A stretch of DNA of 64,000 nucleotides, taken from positions 2,328,422 through 2,392,421 of the forward strand of contig OZ220470.1 in assembly GCA_965115855.1 (NCBI GenBank). The letters are read 5' to 3'. This DNA is from Vicinamibacteria bacterium. Lineage in GTDB: Bacteria; Acidobacteriota; Vicinamibacteria; Marinacidobacterales; Marinacidobacteraceae. Every line of letters begins with the position of its first letter. The first letter of the stretch is position 1. Below, in pieces: positions 1 through 11,633 of this stretch. Both the position numbers and the translations under genes were made by a program. The notes beneath the pieces were generated by a model, which searched no databases, was not told the DNA's origin, and saw nothing but the letters and a program-made list of their open reading frames with translations.

Positions 1-505
1 CGTCGTCGTGGAGGACCCGGACCACCGTGCTCTCGGTGGAGGGCAGCCCCTCGAAACTCTCCCGCTGGTAGAAATCCCCGATGGGACGCGCCCGCTCCCA
101 GGCCGCCTCGTCCAGCCATCCATCCATCGAGACCGGCTCGTCGGTCCACGCTGCGTGGATCTCCCACGTGCGGGCGGTGAGCGCGGCCACCCGCTCTTCC
201 CGGGACATGCCCCGGAGTTCCCCGGCGGAGGGACGGGTGGGACCGGGACGCGGCAGCCGCAGGGTGGCTGCTCCGTTCCCGGCGTCTGGAACCGGGGAGT
301 CCTTCGGATCCCGGAGTTGTCCCGGGGGGCCGCCCGCGAATCCCGGCGCCGAAACGAAAAGCACCATCACCAGCAGGACAGCGGCGGAAACCGGTGCTCC
401 AGCGGGGCGCATCAGGAAGCCCGCGAACGTATCAGAGGGTGCGGCTGCCCATCCGCGCTCCCCCGAAGGCTCCGCGGCCGGGTGACGGGGCCGCACCGGC
501 GCCGA

Positions 506-1480
506 TCAGCCGACGACGAAACCGGAGGCGATTTCCTGCAGCCACGGTTCGATGGCCTGGTAAAGGGTGTTCTGGCAATGGAACCGGAAGAGGTAGGTGC
601 GACCGCCGGCCGCCTTGTAGATGACCCATTCGAGGTAGTCGGCGAGCTGGGTTTCCACCGCGTAGAGAACCGCGATGCCGCCTTCCTCGAGAGTCTCGTG
701 CCGGAGCATCCGGAATCTGTCACCGAGGGTCTCCATCTCGGCTGCATAGAACGCTTCCAGAGTGATGTCGGGGAGCGCCCGGCGGACGGTCACGTCGAGG
801 GTTGCGTGCACTGTCGCTCCGCTCGGGTCCACCGCGAGTGCTCCGCTCCGGAAACCGACCACCAGGCTCTCGGCCCCCTGCTTCAGCACATGGGAGCGTG
901 TCCAGCTTTGCGGGTAGGGCACCACCAGCCCGAAGTCCTCGTCCTCCCAGGTGTCGAACAGATCCAGCGCCTCCACCGAAAAACCCTCGTACACGGTGTC
1001 CAGAATCGAACCATAGGCAATGATGCTGCGCGCCTCGCCGGTGGTGTATACCCCGAAGAGCGTTCCGGAGATCGCGGCGAGCAGCAGGCGGCCGGACTGG
1101 GGCCGGCGCTCCCACTCGAACGTCCAGACCATGCCCTCGCTCCCCTTGTGTTCCCAGCGGGATTCGGAGAGCACGTCGTGTTCCCCGATGTAGTACTGAT
1201 CCGCGATCCCGCGGAGCGTCTGTCCGGCGGGGAAGGGACCCGCCATCACCTGAACCTGGATGCCGTCCCGCTCCGGGATGTCCACCGAGGGGCCGGTGAA
1301 GGTGGCCATCCGGAACCCGCCCCGGGAGTCGGTGGCGGAGGACCAGCCACGTGGAAGCGGCAGGGATACACCGACTTCCGGGACATAGACGGTGATCAGA
1401 TCACTCGGGCCGGAAAGGTCCGGGACACAGCTTCCGGAGGCCAGCAAGACGGTGAGGGCGGCGGCGCCCCGAAGCTTCAT
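506..1480 (-). CDS. hypothetical lipoprotein (signal peptide MKLRGAAALTVLLASGSC, lipobox Cys)
   Basis: Long ORF 506..3091 is a run-through. The real gene starts at ATG 1478-1480, giving N-term MKLRGAAALTVLLASGSC (signal peptide plus lipobox). Well-composed ~325 aa product; no family recognised. Confidence 0.55.
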   Translation of the reverse strand: MKLRGAAALTVLLASGSCVPDLSGPSDLITVYVPEVGVSLPLPRGWSSATDSRGGFRMATFTGPSVDIPERDGIQVQVMAGPFPAGQTLRGIADQYYIGEHDVLSESRWEHKGSEGMVWTFEWERRPQSGRLLLAAISGTLFGVYTTGEARSIIAYGSILDTVYEGFSVEALDLFDTWEDEDFGLVVPYPQSWTRSHVLKQGAESLVVGFRSGALAVDPSGATVHATLDVTVRRALPDITLEAFYAAEMETLGDRFRMLRHETLEEGGIAVLYAVETQLADYLEWVIYKAAGGRTYLFRFHCQNTLYQAIEPWLQEIASGFVVG

Positions 1481-1482
1481 GG

Positions 1483-2943
1483 CTACTCCAACCGATAGTT
1501 CGGAGCTTCCTTGGTAACCACCACGTTGTGGGCGTGGCTCTCCCGCTGGCCGGCGCCGGTAACCCGGATGAACTCGGCGTTCTGCTGGAGCTCGGACACG
1601 GTGCGGCACCCGGCGTATCCCATTCCGGCGCGCAACCCGCCGTTCAACTGCTCCACCACCCCGCGAAGCGGTCCCTTGATGGGCACCCGCCCCTCGATGC
1701 CTTCGGGAACCAGCTTGGAAGCCGGCTGGCCGGCCTGGGCGTAGCGGTCCGCCGTCCCGGAATGCATGGCGCCGAGCGAGCCCATGCCGCGATAGGTCTT
1801 GAAGGCCCGGCCCTGGTACAGGATGGTCTCGCCCGGGCTCTCGTCGGTCCCGGCGAGCAGGTTGCCGACCATGACCGAATCGGCGCCGGCGCCGATGGCC
1901 TTCACCAGATCCCCGCTGAAGCGGATGCCGCCATCGGCGACGACGGGAACCTCGGCCACCGCACTGACCTCCATGATCGCGGAGACCTGCGGCATTCCGG
2001 TCCCCGCCACGACCCGGGTGGTGCAAATGGAGCCGGGCCCCATGCCTACCTTGAGACCATCGGCGCCGGCTTCGACCAGATCGCGAGCAGCATCGGCAGT
2101 GGCGATGTTCCCGGCCATCACATCCACCGAATCGGGGACTTCCCTCCGCAAGCGGGACACCGTGTCGATGCAGCCCCTGGTGTGTCCGTGGGCGGTGTCC
2201 ACCACGATCGCGTCCACGCCGCGTTCGACGAGGCCTCGGGCGCGTTCGAGCCCGGCGTCTCCCACGCCCACCGCGGCCGCGCAGCGGAGCCGGCCGAGAC
2301 CATCCTTGGTGGCGTTCGGGTAGTTCTGCGCCTTCTCGATGTCCTTGACCGACAGCAGACCAACCAGCGCCCCGTCCTCGTCCACGACCGGCAGCTTCTC
2401 CACCCGGCGCTCGTGAAGCGCCTGCCATGCGTCCTGGAGGGTGGCGCCGCGGGGGGCGGTCACCGGGTCGCGGGTCATCAGATCCGACACCCGGAGATCG
2501 CCTGCCGGTTCGAAACGGAGGTCCCGCCGGGTCAGGATGCCGACCAGCCGGGCGTCCCGGATGACCGGGAGACCGGAAATGCCGTGCCGCTTCATGAGCG
2601 CTCGCGCCTCGGAGATCGGGGCATCGGGGGCCACCGTGACCGGATCCACCACCATGCCGCTCTCCGACCGCTTCACCTTGGCGACTTCGTCCGCCTGCTC
2701 TTCCGGAGTCAGGTTCCGGTGGATCACCCCGATGCCTCCGACCTGGGCGATGGCGATGGCCAGCCGCGCCTCGGTAACCGTATCCATCGCCGCGCTCACG
2801 ACCGGCGCCGCCAACGGAATGCGCCGGCTGAACCGCGTCCCGAGGTCGGCATCGGCCGGAAGGACCTCCGAGTAGCGCGGGCGGAGGAGAACGTCGTCGA
2901 AGGTGAGGGTGACCGGAGGAGCCGCATGTGCCGTTTCGCTCAC
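1483..2943 (-). CDS. guaB: inosine-5'-monophosphate dehydrogenase
   Basis: IMPDH catalytic TIM barrel with tandem CBS domains ([20 protein letters not shown]..., active-site Cys loop). GTG start (VSETAH...) overlaps the secA stop by 4 nt. Confidence 0.9.
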   Translation of the reverse strand: MSETAHAAPPVTLTFDDVLLRPRYSEVLPADADLGTRFSRRIPLAAPVVSAAMDTVTEARLAIAIAQVGGIGVIHRNLTPEEQADEVAKVKRSESGMVVDPVTVAPDAPISEARALMKRHGISGLPVIRDARLVGILTRRDLRFEPAGDLRVSDLMTRDPVTAPRGATLQDAWQALHERRVEKLPVVDEDGALVGLLSVKDIEKAQNYPNATKDGLGRLRCAAAVGVGDAGLERARGLVERGVDAIVVDTAHGHTRGCIDTVSRLRREVPDSVDVMAGNIATADAARDLVEAGADGLKVGMGPGSICTTRVVAGTGMPQVSAIMEVSAVAEVPVVADGGIRFSGDLVKAIGAGADSVMVGNLLAGTDESPGETILYQGRAFKTYRGMGSLGAMHSGTADRYAQAGQPASKLVPEGIEGRVPIKGPLRGVVEQLNGGLRAGMGYAGCRTVSELQQNAEFIRVTGAGQRESHAHNVVVTKEAPNYRLE

Positions 2944-5687
2944 GCCGCGTGACACCTCTTGTACTTCTTTCCGCTTCCGCAGGGACAGGGGTCGTTCCGC
3001 CCCACCTTCCTGCCCTTGCGGCGCAACGGGGTTCGGGAAGCGCTGCCTCCGGAAGCCGCGGGCGCCGGAGCGCCAGCCGGCGCCGCCGCAAGGGGGCCGG
3101 GAACGGCGGCGAGGTCCGGACCGGACCGGGAGGTCGCCGCCGGCCGGAGCGCCGGCGCGGGGCGCACCGCCTTCAACACATAGAGCAGCCGTATGGCCTC
3201 CGACTCGATCCGCTCCCACATCCCGCCGAACATGGCGAAGGATTCCTTCTTGTATTCGACAAGGGGGTCCCGCTGTCCGTATCCGCGAAGGCCGATGCCC
3301 TGCTTGAGCTGGTCCATCGCATGGAGATGGTCCTTCCACTGGGAGTCCACCACATGGAGCAGGATGTACCGCTCCTGGTTGCGCATCAGGTCGGCGCCGA
3401 ATTCCTCCTCCTTCGCGGCATACCGGCGATGCACCGCAGTGGTCAGGAAATCCAGCAGCTCGTCCCGACCCAGATCCTCGAGACGACTCCCGTTGTCCGG
3501 CTCGGGCACGAAGGCGAACTGGCCCCGCAGCCCGTCCCGCAGTGCGCCCAGGTCCCAGTCGTCGGGGTCCGCCTCCTTCGACGCGTGGAGATCGACCAGC
3601 CCGTCCACCGCGTCCGACGCGAGCTGGAGCACATAGTCGCGCTGATCCTTGCCCTCGAGGATCTGGCGGCGCAGCCGATAGATGGCCACCCGCTGCTTGT
3701 TCATCACGTCGTCGTACTCGAGCAGGTGCTTCCGGTAGGAGAAGTTCTGACCCTCGACCTGTTTCTGTGCCCGCTCGATCGCCCTGGTGACCATCCCGGC
3801 TTCGATGGGAACGCCTTCCTCCATGCCGAGCCGCTCCATGATCCCGCTCATCCGGCCGCTGCCGAAGATGCGCATGAGGTCATCCTCGAGGGACAGGAAG
3901 AAGCGGGAACTGCCGGGGTCGCCCTGGCGCCCGGCCCGCCCGCGCAATTGGTTGTCGATGCGACGCGACTCGTGACGCTCGGTCCCGACGATGTGGAGGC
4001 CGCCCAGGGACACGACTTCGTCGTGCGTGGCCCGGGTCTCGTTCCGGGCGGCGTCCAGCGCCCCCTCCCACTGGGCTCCGGTGGCCTCGGTCCAGTCCAC
4101 GTCCTCCTTGCGCAGCCGAGCCTTCGCGATTTCCTCGGGACTGCCGCCCAGCAGGATGTCGGTACCCCGGCCCGCCATGTTGGTGGAGATGGTGACCACG
4201 CCTCGCTGGCCCGCCTGGGCCACGATCTCCGCTTCGCGCTGGTGGTACTTGGCGTTCAGCACCATGTGCGGGATGCGCTTCCGGTTCAGCAGCCGCGCCA
4301 GTCGTTCGCTCTTCTCGATGGAGGTGGTCCCGACCAGCACCGGGCGTCCTTCCTGGTGATGGCTCCCGATTTCCTCCACGATGGCGTTCAGTTTTTCCCG
4401 TTCGGTCCGATACACCAGATCGGGATGCTCGAGACGCACCAGGGGCCGGTTGGTCGGGATCGGAACAACCTCCAGATCGTAGATCTTCTCGAACTCGGCT
4501 GCCTCGGTCTCCGCGGTGCCGGTCATTCCGGCGAGTTTTCCGTACATGCGGAAGTAGTTCTGGAAGGTGATGGTGGCAAGCGTCTGATTCTCACGCTCGA
4601 TGGTTACGCTCTCCTTGGCCTCGACCGCCTGATGAAGGCCATCGGACCAGCGGCGTCCGGGCATGAGCCGCCCGGTGAACTCGTCCACGATCACGACTTT
4701 CCCGTCCTTGACCGTATAGTCCTTCTCGCGCTTGTAGAGCGCATGGGCCCGGAGCGCTTGCAGCAGATGGTGGAGAAGCGTCATGTTCTCCGGGTCGTAC
4801 AGGTTGTTTACGCGAAGCAGGTCTTCCGCCTTGGGAACTCCCTCCTCGGTAAGAGAAACACTGCGGGATTTCTCGTCCACCGTGTAGTCCACATCCCGCC
4901 GCAGTCTCGGGATGATCCGATCCACGGTGTAGTAGAGGTCGGTGGACTGCTCCGCCGGGCCGCTGATGATGAGGGGCGTGCGCGCCTCGTCGACGAGGAT
5001 CGAGTCCACCTCGTCCACGATGGCGTAGTGGAAGAGTTTCTCGACCTCCTTCCCGTCCCGGTCCGTTTTCGTCGCGGGATGGATCCGGTGGACGAAGTTC
5101 TCCATGCGGAACTTCATGTTGTCCCGGAGATAGTCGAAGCCGAACTCGTTGTTCGTCCCGTAGGTGATGTCGGCGCCGTAGGCCCGCCGCCGGTCGGCGT
5201 CGGCGAGATCGTTCTGGATCACGCCGACCTCGAGTCCGAGGAAGCGATAGATGCGTCCCATCCAGTCGGAGTCGCGGCGAGCCAGGTAGTCGTTCACGGT
5301 GACGACGTGAACACCCTTGCCCGACAACGCGTTCAGGTACGCGGGCAGGGTCGCCACCAGGGTCTTGCCTTCCCCGGTCTTCATTTCGGCGATCTTTCCC
5401 CGGTGGAGGATTACGCCGCCGAGGAGCTGCACATCAAAGTGCCGCATCCCGAGCGTGCGGCGGGAAGCCTCCCGGCAGGCGGCGAACGCCTCCGCAATCA
5501 GGCTGTCCAGCGGCTCGCCGTTCGCGATCCGCTCCCGGAATCCGGCGGTCAGGCCGCCGAGCTCGGCATCGGACCTGTCCCGGTACTGCGATTCGAGCGA
5601 ACCGATTTTCGCCACCAGCGGCCGCAATCGCCTAAGTTCACGGTCCGATTTCTTGCCGACCACGCGGGTGAGCAGGCTCTGTATCAT
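2940..5687 (-). CDS. secA: preprotein translocase ATPase SecA
   Basis: 915 aa. DEAD-like motor domains, helical scaffold domain and C-terminal zinc-binding tail [13 protein letters not shown]. Confidence 0.95.
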   Translation of the reverse strand: MIQSLLTRVVGKKSDRELRRLRPLVAKIGSLESQYRDRSDAELGGLTAGFRERIANGEPLDSLIAEAFAACREASRRTLGMRHFDVQLLGGVILHRGKIAEMKTGEGKTLVATLPAYLNALSGKGVHVVTVNDYLARRDSDWMGRIYRFLGLEVGVIQNDLADADRRRAYGADITYGTNNEFGFDYLRDNMKFRMENFVHRIHPATKTDRDGKEVEKLFHYAIVDEVDSILVDEARTPLIISGPAEQSTDLYYTVDRIIPRLRRDVDYTVDEKSRSVSLTEEGVPKAEDLLRVNNLYDPENMTLLHHLLQALRAHALYKREKDYTVKDGKVVIVDEFTGRLMPGRRWSDGLHQAVEAKESVTIERENQTLATITFQNYFRMYGKLAGMTGTAETEAAEFEKIYDLEVVPIPTNRPLVRLEHPDLVYRTEREKLNAIVEEIGSHHQEGRPVLVGTTSIEKSERLARLLNRKRIPHMVLNAKYHQREAEIVAQAGQRGVVTISTNMAGRGTDILLGGSPEEIAKARLRKEDVDWTEATGAQWEGALDAARNETRATHDEVVSLGGLHIVGTERHESRRIDNQLRGRAGRQGDPGSSRFFLSLEDDLMRIFGSGRMSGIMERLGMEEGVPIEAGMVTRAIERAQKQVEGQNFSYRKHLLEYDDVMNKQRVAIYRLRRQILEGKDQRDYVLQLASDAVDGLVDLHASKEADPDDWDLGALRDGLRGQFAFVPEPDNGSRLEDLGRDELLDFLTTAVHRRYAAKEEEFGADLMRNQERYILLHVVDSQWKDHLHAMDQLKQGIGLRGYGQRDPLVEYKKESFAMFGGMWERIESEAIRLLYVLKAVRPAPALRPAATSRSGPDLAAVPGPLAAAPAGAPAPAASGGSASRTPLRRKGRKVGRNDPCPCGSGKKYKRCHAA

Positions 5688-5740
5688 CCGTGGCGGCGGA
5701 GTCTAGTGCGCCAGCGGCCCTTCCGCCGGGCCGGGACCGC

Positions 5741-6670
5741 TCAGCCGGGAAGCGGGGCGGGCACGTAATCCACGATGTGATTCAGTGGATTCTGGGCCCT
5801 GCCGTTCACCCAGACTTCGTAGTGGAGGTGCGGCGCCCGGCTGCGCCCGGTGTTGCCGACGGCGCCGACCACCTGACTGCGCCGGAGCCGCTGGCCGCTC
5901 CGCACTTCGATGGTCGACAGGTGCGCGTACCGGGTCACCATGCCGAACCCGTGGGACACGACCACGTTCTTGCCGTAGGTGGCGGAGCTTCCCGCCGAGA
6001 GCACCACTCCGTCGGCGGTGACCCGTACCGGGGCGCCCACGCCGGTGGAAATATCAAGGCCGTAGTGCCATTCGATGGTTCCGGTGAACGGATCGGGGCG
6101 GCGGCCAAAACCCGAAGAGAGGTATCCCCGAACCGGCCAGATGGTGGGAGTGGAGGCGATCAGGCGGCTCTTCTCCCGGACCACCCGCTCGAGAGCCACC
6201 CCCTGTTCATCGATCCGCGCAATCCGGGAAGAGAGTTCATCGATCCGCTCACTCACGTAGTCGAAACCGCTCGCCGCCGCACCGCCGATCCCCTCGAGCT
6301 GCCACTGGACCGGCTCCGCTCCGGCGAGAACCGCGATCCGCCGCAGCTGAACTTCGATCCCCTCGATCCGGGCCGCCATCTGCTCGGTCTCGCGTGCGTA
6401 CTGGGCGTTCTGCCGCCGCAGCGCCTCCCGGTCGCGCGTCAGTTCGCTGGTCTCGGTCCGTGCGCCACTCGCGATCAGCCAGGTGTGGTGGCCGAGCTGG
6501 GCCAACATGAGTACGGCCGCAAATCCGACCACGACGCCCCAGCGCCGGGGAAACCGGAGTTCGCGAGGACCGCGTCCGTCGGGGGGAAAGACGATCAGAC
6601 GGGAACCCGAGGGGAATCGGAAGGGCCGCCAGCGACGCAGAATCCCGGCAAGGGAAGGACGGCGGAACAT
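5741..6670 (-). CDS. M23 family metallopeptidase with N-terminal coiled coil (EnvC/NlpD-like)
   Basis: C-terminal LytM domain with HxxxD (HYGLD) and HxH (HLHYE) motifs; N-terminal coiled-coil region. Confidence 0.85.
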   Translation of the reverse strand: MFRRPSLAGILRRWRPFRFPSGSRLIVFPPDGRGPRELRFPRRWGVVVGFAAVLMLAQLGHHTWLIASGARTETSELTRDREALRRQNAQYARETEQMAARIEGIEVQLRRIAVLAGAEPVQWQLEGIGGAAASGFDYVSERIDELSSRIARIDEQGVALERVVREKSRLIASTPTIWPVRGYLSSGFGRRPDPFTGTIEWHYGLDISTGVGAPVRVTADGVVLSAGSSATYGKNVVVSHGFGMVTRYAHLSTIEVRSGQRLRRSQVVGAVGNTGRSRAPHLHYEVWVNGRAQNPLNHIVDYVPAPLPG

Positions 6671-6699
6671 TTTGCAGGAGCAAGTGTATTACGAGAACG

Positions 6700-7086
6700 T
6701 CACATTGTGTCAACTGGCGCCGGCCGACGGAACGCGGGAAGGTCCTCCGGCCCGAATTCGACCGGATCGCCGGCGAGGATGCGACGGGCCTTGCCGACGG
6801 CCGAGCGGACCGGCTCCCGGAAGCCGTCGGGGTCCACCAGGTGCTGCCCCGGTTGCATGGTGTCGAGGAGCTCGAGGCTGCGGGAGAGAAGGTTGCGAGC
6901 TCCGTGGAAACCGGAGGTCTGGAGGTGGTGCATCCCCGCCGCGACCAGGATGAGTACCTTGAGCGCCTCCCGGCGCGGGCCGCGCGCCTGCATCCACTCT
7001 TCCTCCAATACGTCGTGACAAGCGAAGTACTCCTTCCGGTTGAAGAGGCGGATGGCCTCGTCCATCCCATCGGTCGGTCCGGTCAT
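6700..7086 (-). CDS. DUF309-family protein
   Basis: 128 aa. Pattern EYFACHDVLEEEWM...VLILVAAGMHH is typical of DUF309. Confidence 0.55.
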   Translation of the reverse strand: MTGPTDGMDEAIRLFNRKEYFACHDVLEEEWMQARGPRREALKVLILVAAGMHHLQTSGFHGARNLLSRSLELLDTMQPGQHLVDPDGFREPVRSAVGKARRILAGDPVEFGPEDLPAFRRPAPVDTM

Positions 7087-8015
7087 CGATTCGGAAACGA
7101 GGAGAACTTCGCGCCGATTCCCGCCAGGTGCGCCCGGAACCGGTCAGCGATCATGGCAAGACCTCGGACAGCGGGACGCGCCGAGCTGTCGGTGGCGTGG
7201 GAAGAGGGGTGGTCGGTCCGGATTGCGGGTGGCGGATTCCGCCAGCGACGGGATGCCGACTCATGCGGCACGCGGGTGTGGGCCTGCTGTCCGGGGAGGG
7301 GCGCTGCGAACCGGCCGGGACGCCATCGGGCGTCCGGTGACTGCGCCACGACGGTGCCTGCCGCACCCGGGGAGAACGGGACCGCGGGATCGTGTCCCCG
7401 CTGATTCTGGCCGGGACGGTTCGGGACGTTCGCCCACGGGACTGCCGGACAGAGGGTCGTGGACCACCTCCGCACGACGGAAGGGGCGCCTTGAGGCCGT
7501 CGAACGACGTTGCGGCGGCCCGCCGGGGACGCGCTCCGGCATCACGGTGACAGCCGGGAACGGATCCTCCCGGTGTCCCGACCCGGCTCCCCGAAGAATT
7601 TCGAAGGAGTCGAGCCGCGCCTCGAAGCCCTGGGAAGGTCGGGAACACCGGTCGCTCCCGGGGCATCAGCGGCGGCGAAAATCCGGCGCGCCTCCGAAAA
7701 CTGCGAACGCCGATGCGACACGCGCATGGATGCAGGCTCCTCGCCCGCATCGAGGGCGCGTCCCGGGCATGCGGGATTCCCGGGAGGCAGCCCCGGAGTC
7801 GCGCCGCCGCCCCCTTCCGCGTCGGAGGGTCCCTCCGAGGGCCTTCCCGAATCCGTAACCCCTTGTCGCGGCGAACCGTCCGGAGGCCCGGCAACCTGCC
7901 TCCCGGCCCGTCGGTTGACGGAATCGGAGGGGGCGGGAGATCGGCGCGGCGGAGCCATTCCCGATAGGATTCCCGACTGCGGGCGCTGCGCTCTCGGCGT
8001 TGCCGCGGGATCGCG

Positions 8016-8747
8016 ATGGACCTTCTTGCTCTGCTCACTGCCACCGGGGCCGGCGTGATCTCGTTCCTTTCGCCATGCGTGCTGCCCCTGGTGCCGGGTT
8101 ATATCTCGTTCGTGTCGGGGACGTCCCTGACCGAACTGGGCGAAGCCGCCGACTCCGCCGAAACCCGGGCCCGCCGTCGGCGGGTGATTCGGAACACCGC
8201 GGCGTTCGTGATCGGCTTCTCCATCGTCTTCGTGGCGATGGGAGCGTCCGCGACCTATGTCGGGCAGTGGCTGGCCGCCAACCGGAGGTGGCTCGCCTGG
8301 ATCGCCGGAACCGTGATCATCCTCTTCGGCCTCCACACCATGGGAGTCCTGCGGATTCCGTTCCTGAACGTCGAGAAGCGGTTTCACACCGACACCGAAC
8401 CGGCCACCCTGCTGGGCTCCTTCGGGATCGGCCTTGCCTTCGCATTCGGCTGGTCCCCCTGCATCGGACCCATCCTGGCTGGCGTCCTGGTCCTTGCCGC
8501 AAGCCACGAAACCGTGGGCCAGGGAGTGGTGCTGCTCAGCGCGTATTCGCTTGGCCTCGGGGTGCCCTTCCTGCTCACCGGAATCGCGGTGGACCGGTTC
8601 CTTGCCCTTTCCTCCGGCATCAAGAAACGGATGGCGCTCGTCGAGCGGATCGCCGGCGGGTTGCTGATCGTCATCGGCGTCCTGGTATTCACCGACAGCC
8701 TGCAGTGGCTGTCGCAGTACCTGACCTTCCTTCCCGTCCTCGGATAA
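8016..8747 (+). CDS. ccdA: cytochrome c biogenesis / thiol-disulfide transporter CcdA (DsbD family)
   Basis: Polytopic membrane protein carrying the two conserved Cys (SPCVLPL and SPCIGPI). Confidence 0.85.
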   Translation: MDLLALLTATGAGVISFLSPCVLPLVPGYISFVSGTSLTELGEAADSAETRARRRRVIRNTAAFVIGFSIVFVAMGASATYVGQWLAANRRWLAWIAGTVIILFGLHTMGVLRIPFLNVEKRFHTDTEPATLLGSFGIGLAFAFGWSPCIGPILAGVLVLAASHETVGQGVVLLSAYSLGLGVPFLLTGIAVDRFLALSSGIKKRMALVERIAGGLLIVIGVLVFTDSLQWLSQYLTFLPVLG

Positions 8748-8749
8748 TC

Positions 8750-9136
8750 GTGATCGCCACTCTCGTTTCCTTCCTTCTGGCCACCGCCCCCCCCTTTCAG
8801 GACGACGGATGGGTCGTCCCCGAGGAGGCGCGCGCGATGCAAAACCCGCTTGCCGCCAGCGCGGAAACCCTCGCCGCCGGCAAGCGGCATTACCGTGCCC
8901 GGTGCGAGTCCTGTCACGGAGAGGCGGGCAAGGGCGACGGAAAGGCCATCCGTTTCATCAAGCCGGCGCCTGCCGACATCTCCACCGCCGAAGCGCGGGA
9001 CCGGATGACCGACGGCGAGATCTTCTTCAAGATCACCGAGGGGAAGAAGCCGATGCCGGGGATGGCCCGCACCCTGACCGAGGAGGAGCGATGGCAGGTC
9101 GTCCACTTCCTGCGAACCCTCCAGGCATCCCGTTGA
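8750..9136 (+). CDS. class I c-type cytochrome
   Basis: GTG start immediately after the ccdA stop; signal-like N-term VIATLVSFLLATAPP; heme motif CESCH. Confidence 0.7.
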   Translation: MIATLVSFLLATAPPFQDDGWVVPEEARAMQNPLAASAETLAAGKRHYRARCESCHGEAGKGDGKAIRFIKPAPADISTAEARDRMTDGEIFFKITEGKKPMPGMARTLTEEERWQVVHFLRTLQASR

Positions 9137-9153
9137 GGGGGGAGTTGTCCGCA

Positions 9154-9681
9154 ATGAACACGCGCCTTCCGGCCGCGACCGCGGCCCTTCTCCTGTTCTT
9201 CACCGGGTGCGTCGCACCCCCGGCGGGGGAAGGGCCCGGCGGGGGCCTCGTTGCCGAGGCGCCTGACCTGAATCTTCGCATGGTGGACGGAGAGGGCTCG
9301 GTCAGTCTGCGGAACGACGGTGCGGGCAGGGTTGTGCTGGTGGATCTCTGGGCCACCTGGTGCGTACCCTGTGTCGCCGAACTTCCCCATCTTCAGGATC
9401 TGTCGGAGAGCCTCCCGGAGGACGACTTCCTGATGCTCGGGATCGTGCTCGAATCCGGTTCCGCGGAGGACATCGCGGCGTTCGTGGCCGAGCACGGCTT
9501 GACGTACCCCAATGTGCTCGGAAGCGACGCCGACCGGGACTCCTTCGGCCCCTTCCTGGGCTATCCCACCAAATACCTGATCGGACGCGACGGCAAGCTG
9601 ATCAAGCGGTATTTCGGAGCGGTCGGCGACATCCTGAACGAGGAAATCGGCCAGCTCATCCAGTCCGGCACGCTGGACTGA
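9154..9681 (+). CDS. thioredoxin-fold thiol-disulfide oxidoreductase lipoprotein (TlpA/ResA-like)
   Basis: Lipobox LFFTGC; WATWCVPC active site; sits in the ccdA-cytochrome c operon. Confidence 0.8.
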   Translation: MNTRLPAATAALLLFFTGCVAPPAGEGPGGGLVAEAPDLNLRMVDGEGSVSLRNDGAGRVVLVDLWATWCVPCVAELPHLQDLSESLPEDDFLMLGIVLESGSAEDIAAFVAEHGLTYPNVLGSDADRDSFGPFLGYPTKYLIGRDGKLIKRYFGAVGDILNEEIGQLIQSGTLD

Positions 9682-9712
9682 CGGGGCGGGCTTCCCGTCA
9701 GTCGCCGGCGAC
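9682..9712 (+). terminator. possible GC-rich hairpin downstream of the tlpA-like gene
   Basis: gacggg-gcgggctt-cccgtc inverted repeat directly after the stop codon; no U tract follows. Confidence 0.3.
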
Positions 9713-10319
9713 TTCGATTGGAAGCCGCCGAGGTCGCTGGAGCTCCATCCCCGCGTTCTCGTCGGTGTGTCCGCCGGAATGGCGGATGCTCCGCGCGGAC
9801 GCACAGTCTCGATGGGTCCGGATCGTGGGGCGGCATCCGACGCTCCCGGGCGGAGGGATCCGACCCGTGGAGCCATGCCGCGTATCGGCCTGCCATCGGG
9901 ATTCGGGGGGGTATCCAGCGCGCCCCCCCTGGTTCCGTCCGCGGTGTCGTCGATCTCCTTGATGCAGCGGCCGGCCGGGATCCCGTTCAGGACCCGCCCG
10001 AACCACTCCCCTTCCCCGCGATTCGACCGCTTCACCCCGGCGGTCGACCGCTCGGCCCCACGCTTCGCGCAGCCCGCTCATGCCCCGGGGCGAGCCGGTC
10101 CCGTCCGGAAGGCTGCCCACGCTTCTGCGGCACGCCGACGTTGCGTCGCCGAGGACGAGCCGGATCCCGACAACCGGGTGGATCTCTCCGGCGGGGACCG
10201 CGTCCAGGTTCGTCATCGATGCCGACGAGGCGGACCGCCGGCGGTTGGCCCATCCCACCCGGCACGTATTCCGGAAATACCGAACGGCTCAGGACGCCGG
10301 CCGGTTCCGCGTGGGGGAA

Positions 10320-11633
10320 CTATCCGCGCGAGACCGGTTCGAGCTGGCCTTCGGAGGCCGCCACCACCGAGGCAACGGTCAGGTCGCCGGTGACGTTGGT
10401 GGATGTGCGGATCATGTCCAGGAGCCGGTCCACTCCCAGAATCAGCGCCACTCCCTCGGTGGGGACCCCGATGGCTTGCAGGATGATCACCAGCATGATG
10501 AGCCCGGCCCCGGGAACCGCAGCACTCCCGATCGAAGCGAGGACTGCGGTGATGAGGATGGTGATCTGTCCCTCCAGTCCGATCGGAATTGCGAGCGATT
10601 GGGCGATGAAGATCGCCGCCACCCCCTGGTAGAGGGCGGTGCCGTCCATGTTCACCGTGGCTCCCAGCGGGAGGACGAACGAGGAAACCTCCTCGTGGAC
10701 TCCCAGCTTGCTCTGGGCCTGGTCCATGGTCACCGGAAGCGTGGCGCCGCTGGAGCTGGTGGAGAAGGCGACGATCTGGGCGGGGGCGGCGGCCCGGAAG
10801 AAACGCGTGAGGCCGATCGGGGTGAACAGACGCAGCACGAGCGGATACACGACGAACATCTGGGTCAGAAGTCCCGCGACCACCACGATGCAATAGAACC
10901 CGAGCGCCCCCAGCAGGCTGAGTATCTCGCTCGGGTCATCCCCGGCCATGCCGGTGATCGCCCCGGCAAGCAGGGCGAACACTCCGACAGGGGCAAAGCG
11001 CATGATGATGTGCACGAACTCCACCACCACCGCTTCCACGGCCTTGAAAAAACCCAGCAGGGGGGTGGCGGTCTGGCCGGGAATCCGGATGATCGCGATG
11101 CCGAACATGAGGGCGACGAACACGACCTGGAGCATGTTCCGATTGCTCGCGGCCGCCGAAACCAGGTTCGCCGGAACGATGTCGGTCAGGAGCGCAAGCG
11201 GTCCCCGATTCTCGGCGACCGCGGCCGCCTGGCCTTCGCGGTCGTCCACCGCGGCCTCGTAACGCTCCCGCAGTTCGGATTGCATCGACTCGGGCACCTG
11301 GTCACCCGGGCGCAGGACGTTGGCGTAGGAGAGTCCGATCCCGGCGGCGATCGCGGTGGTCGCGATGTACACCACCAGGGTCTTCCCGCCCATCCGGCTG
11401 ACCTTGGTGAGATCGTTCAGCGACGCCACACCCACGATCAGGGTGGAGAGAACCAGCGGTACCGCGATGAGCTGCAGCGAATTGATGAACAGGACGCCGA
11501 ACGGAGTGATCCAGTTGCTGGTGAACGAAGCCCATCCGGCGGCTGACGCGACCACCCCGTAAAGGATGCCGAGCGCGAGTCCGATGATGATCTGAATCCA
11601 GAGAACGCGGTACCAGGGAGTCTTCTTGGTCAT
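10320..11633 (-). CDS. dicarboxylate/amino acid:cation symporter (DAACS family, GltP/DctA-like)
   Basis: 437 aa, 8-10 TM helices, with conserved DAACS motifs (SSSGATLP, NMDGTALY). Confidence 0.9.
   Translation of the reverse strand: MTKKTPWYRVLWIQIIIGLALGILYGVVASAAGWASFTSNWITPFGVLFINSLQLIAVPLVLSTLIVGVASLNDLTKVSRMGGKTLVVYIATTAIAAGIGLSYANVLRPGDQVPESMQSELRERYEAAVDDREGQAAAVAENRGPLALLTDIVPANLVSAAASNRNMLQVVFVALMFGIAIIRIPGQTATPLLGFFKAVEAVVVEFVHIIMRFAPVGVFALLAGAITGMAGDDPSEILSLLGALGFYCIVVVAGLLTQMFVVYPLVLRLFTPIGLTRFFRAAAPAQIVAFSTSSSGATLPVTMDQAQSKLGVHEEVSSFVLPLGATVNMDGTALYQGVAAIFIAQSLAIPIGLEGQITILITAVLASIGSAAVPGAGLIMLVIILQAIGVPTEGVALILGVDRLLDMIRTSTNVTGDLTVASVVAASEGQLEPVSRG

Noticed and set aside
1528-5768. 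Long + strand ORFs 1528..2952 (474 aa) and 2928..5768 (946 aa) antisense to guaB and secA
   Set aside because: Arg/Pro/Gly/His-rich, low-complexity translations with no domains. Typical antisense run-through ORFs of high-GC DNA; the minus-strand genes are unambiguous.
7087-8015. Possible RNase P / tmRNA / SRP RNA in the gene-free gap
   Set aside because: No P4 helix consensus, no tRNA-like GGTTCGAATCC 3' end and no SRP domain IV motif found by eye. Left as an open question rather than a call.
7040-8058. ORFs 7040..7858 (+), 7151..8044 (-) and 7510..8058 (+) in the gap before ccdA
   Set aside because: All are R/P/S/G-rich with no recognisable fold, signal peptide or coupling, so they are treated as non-coding. 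The gap itself is reported as a finding.
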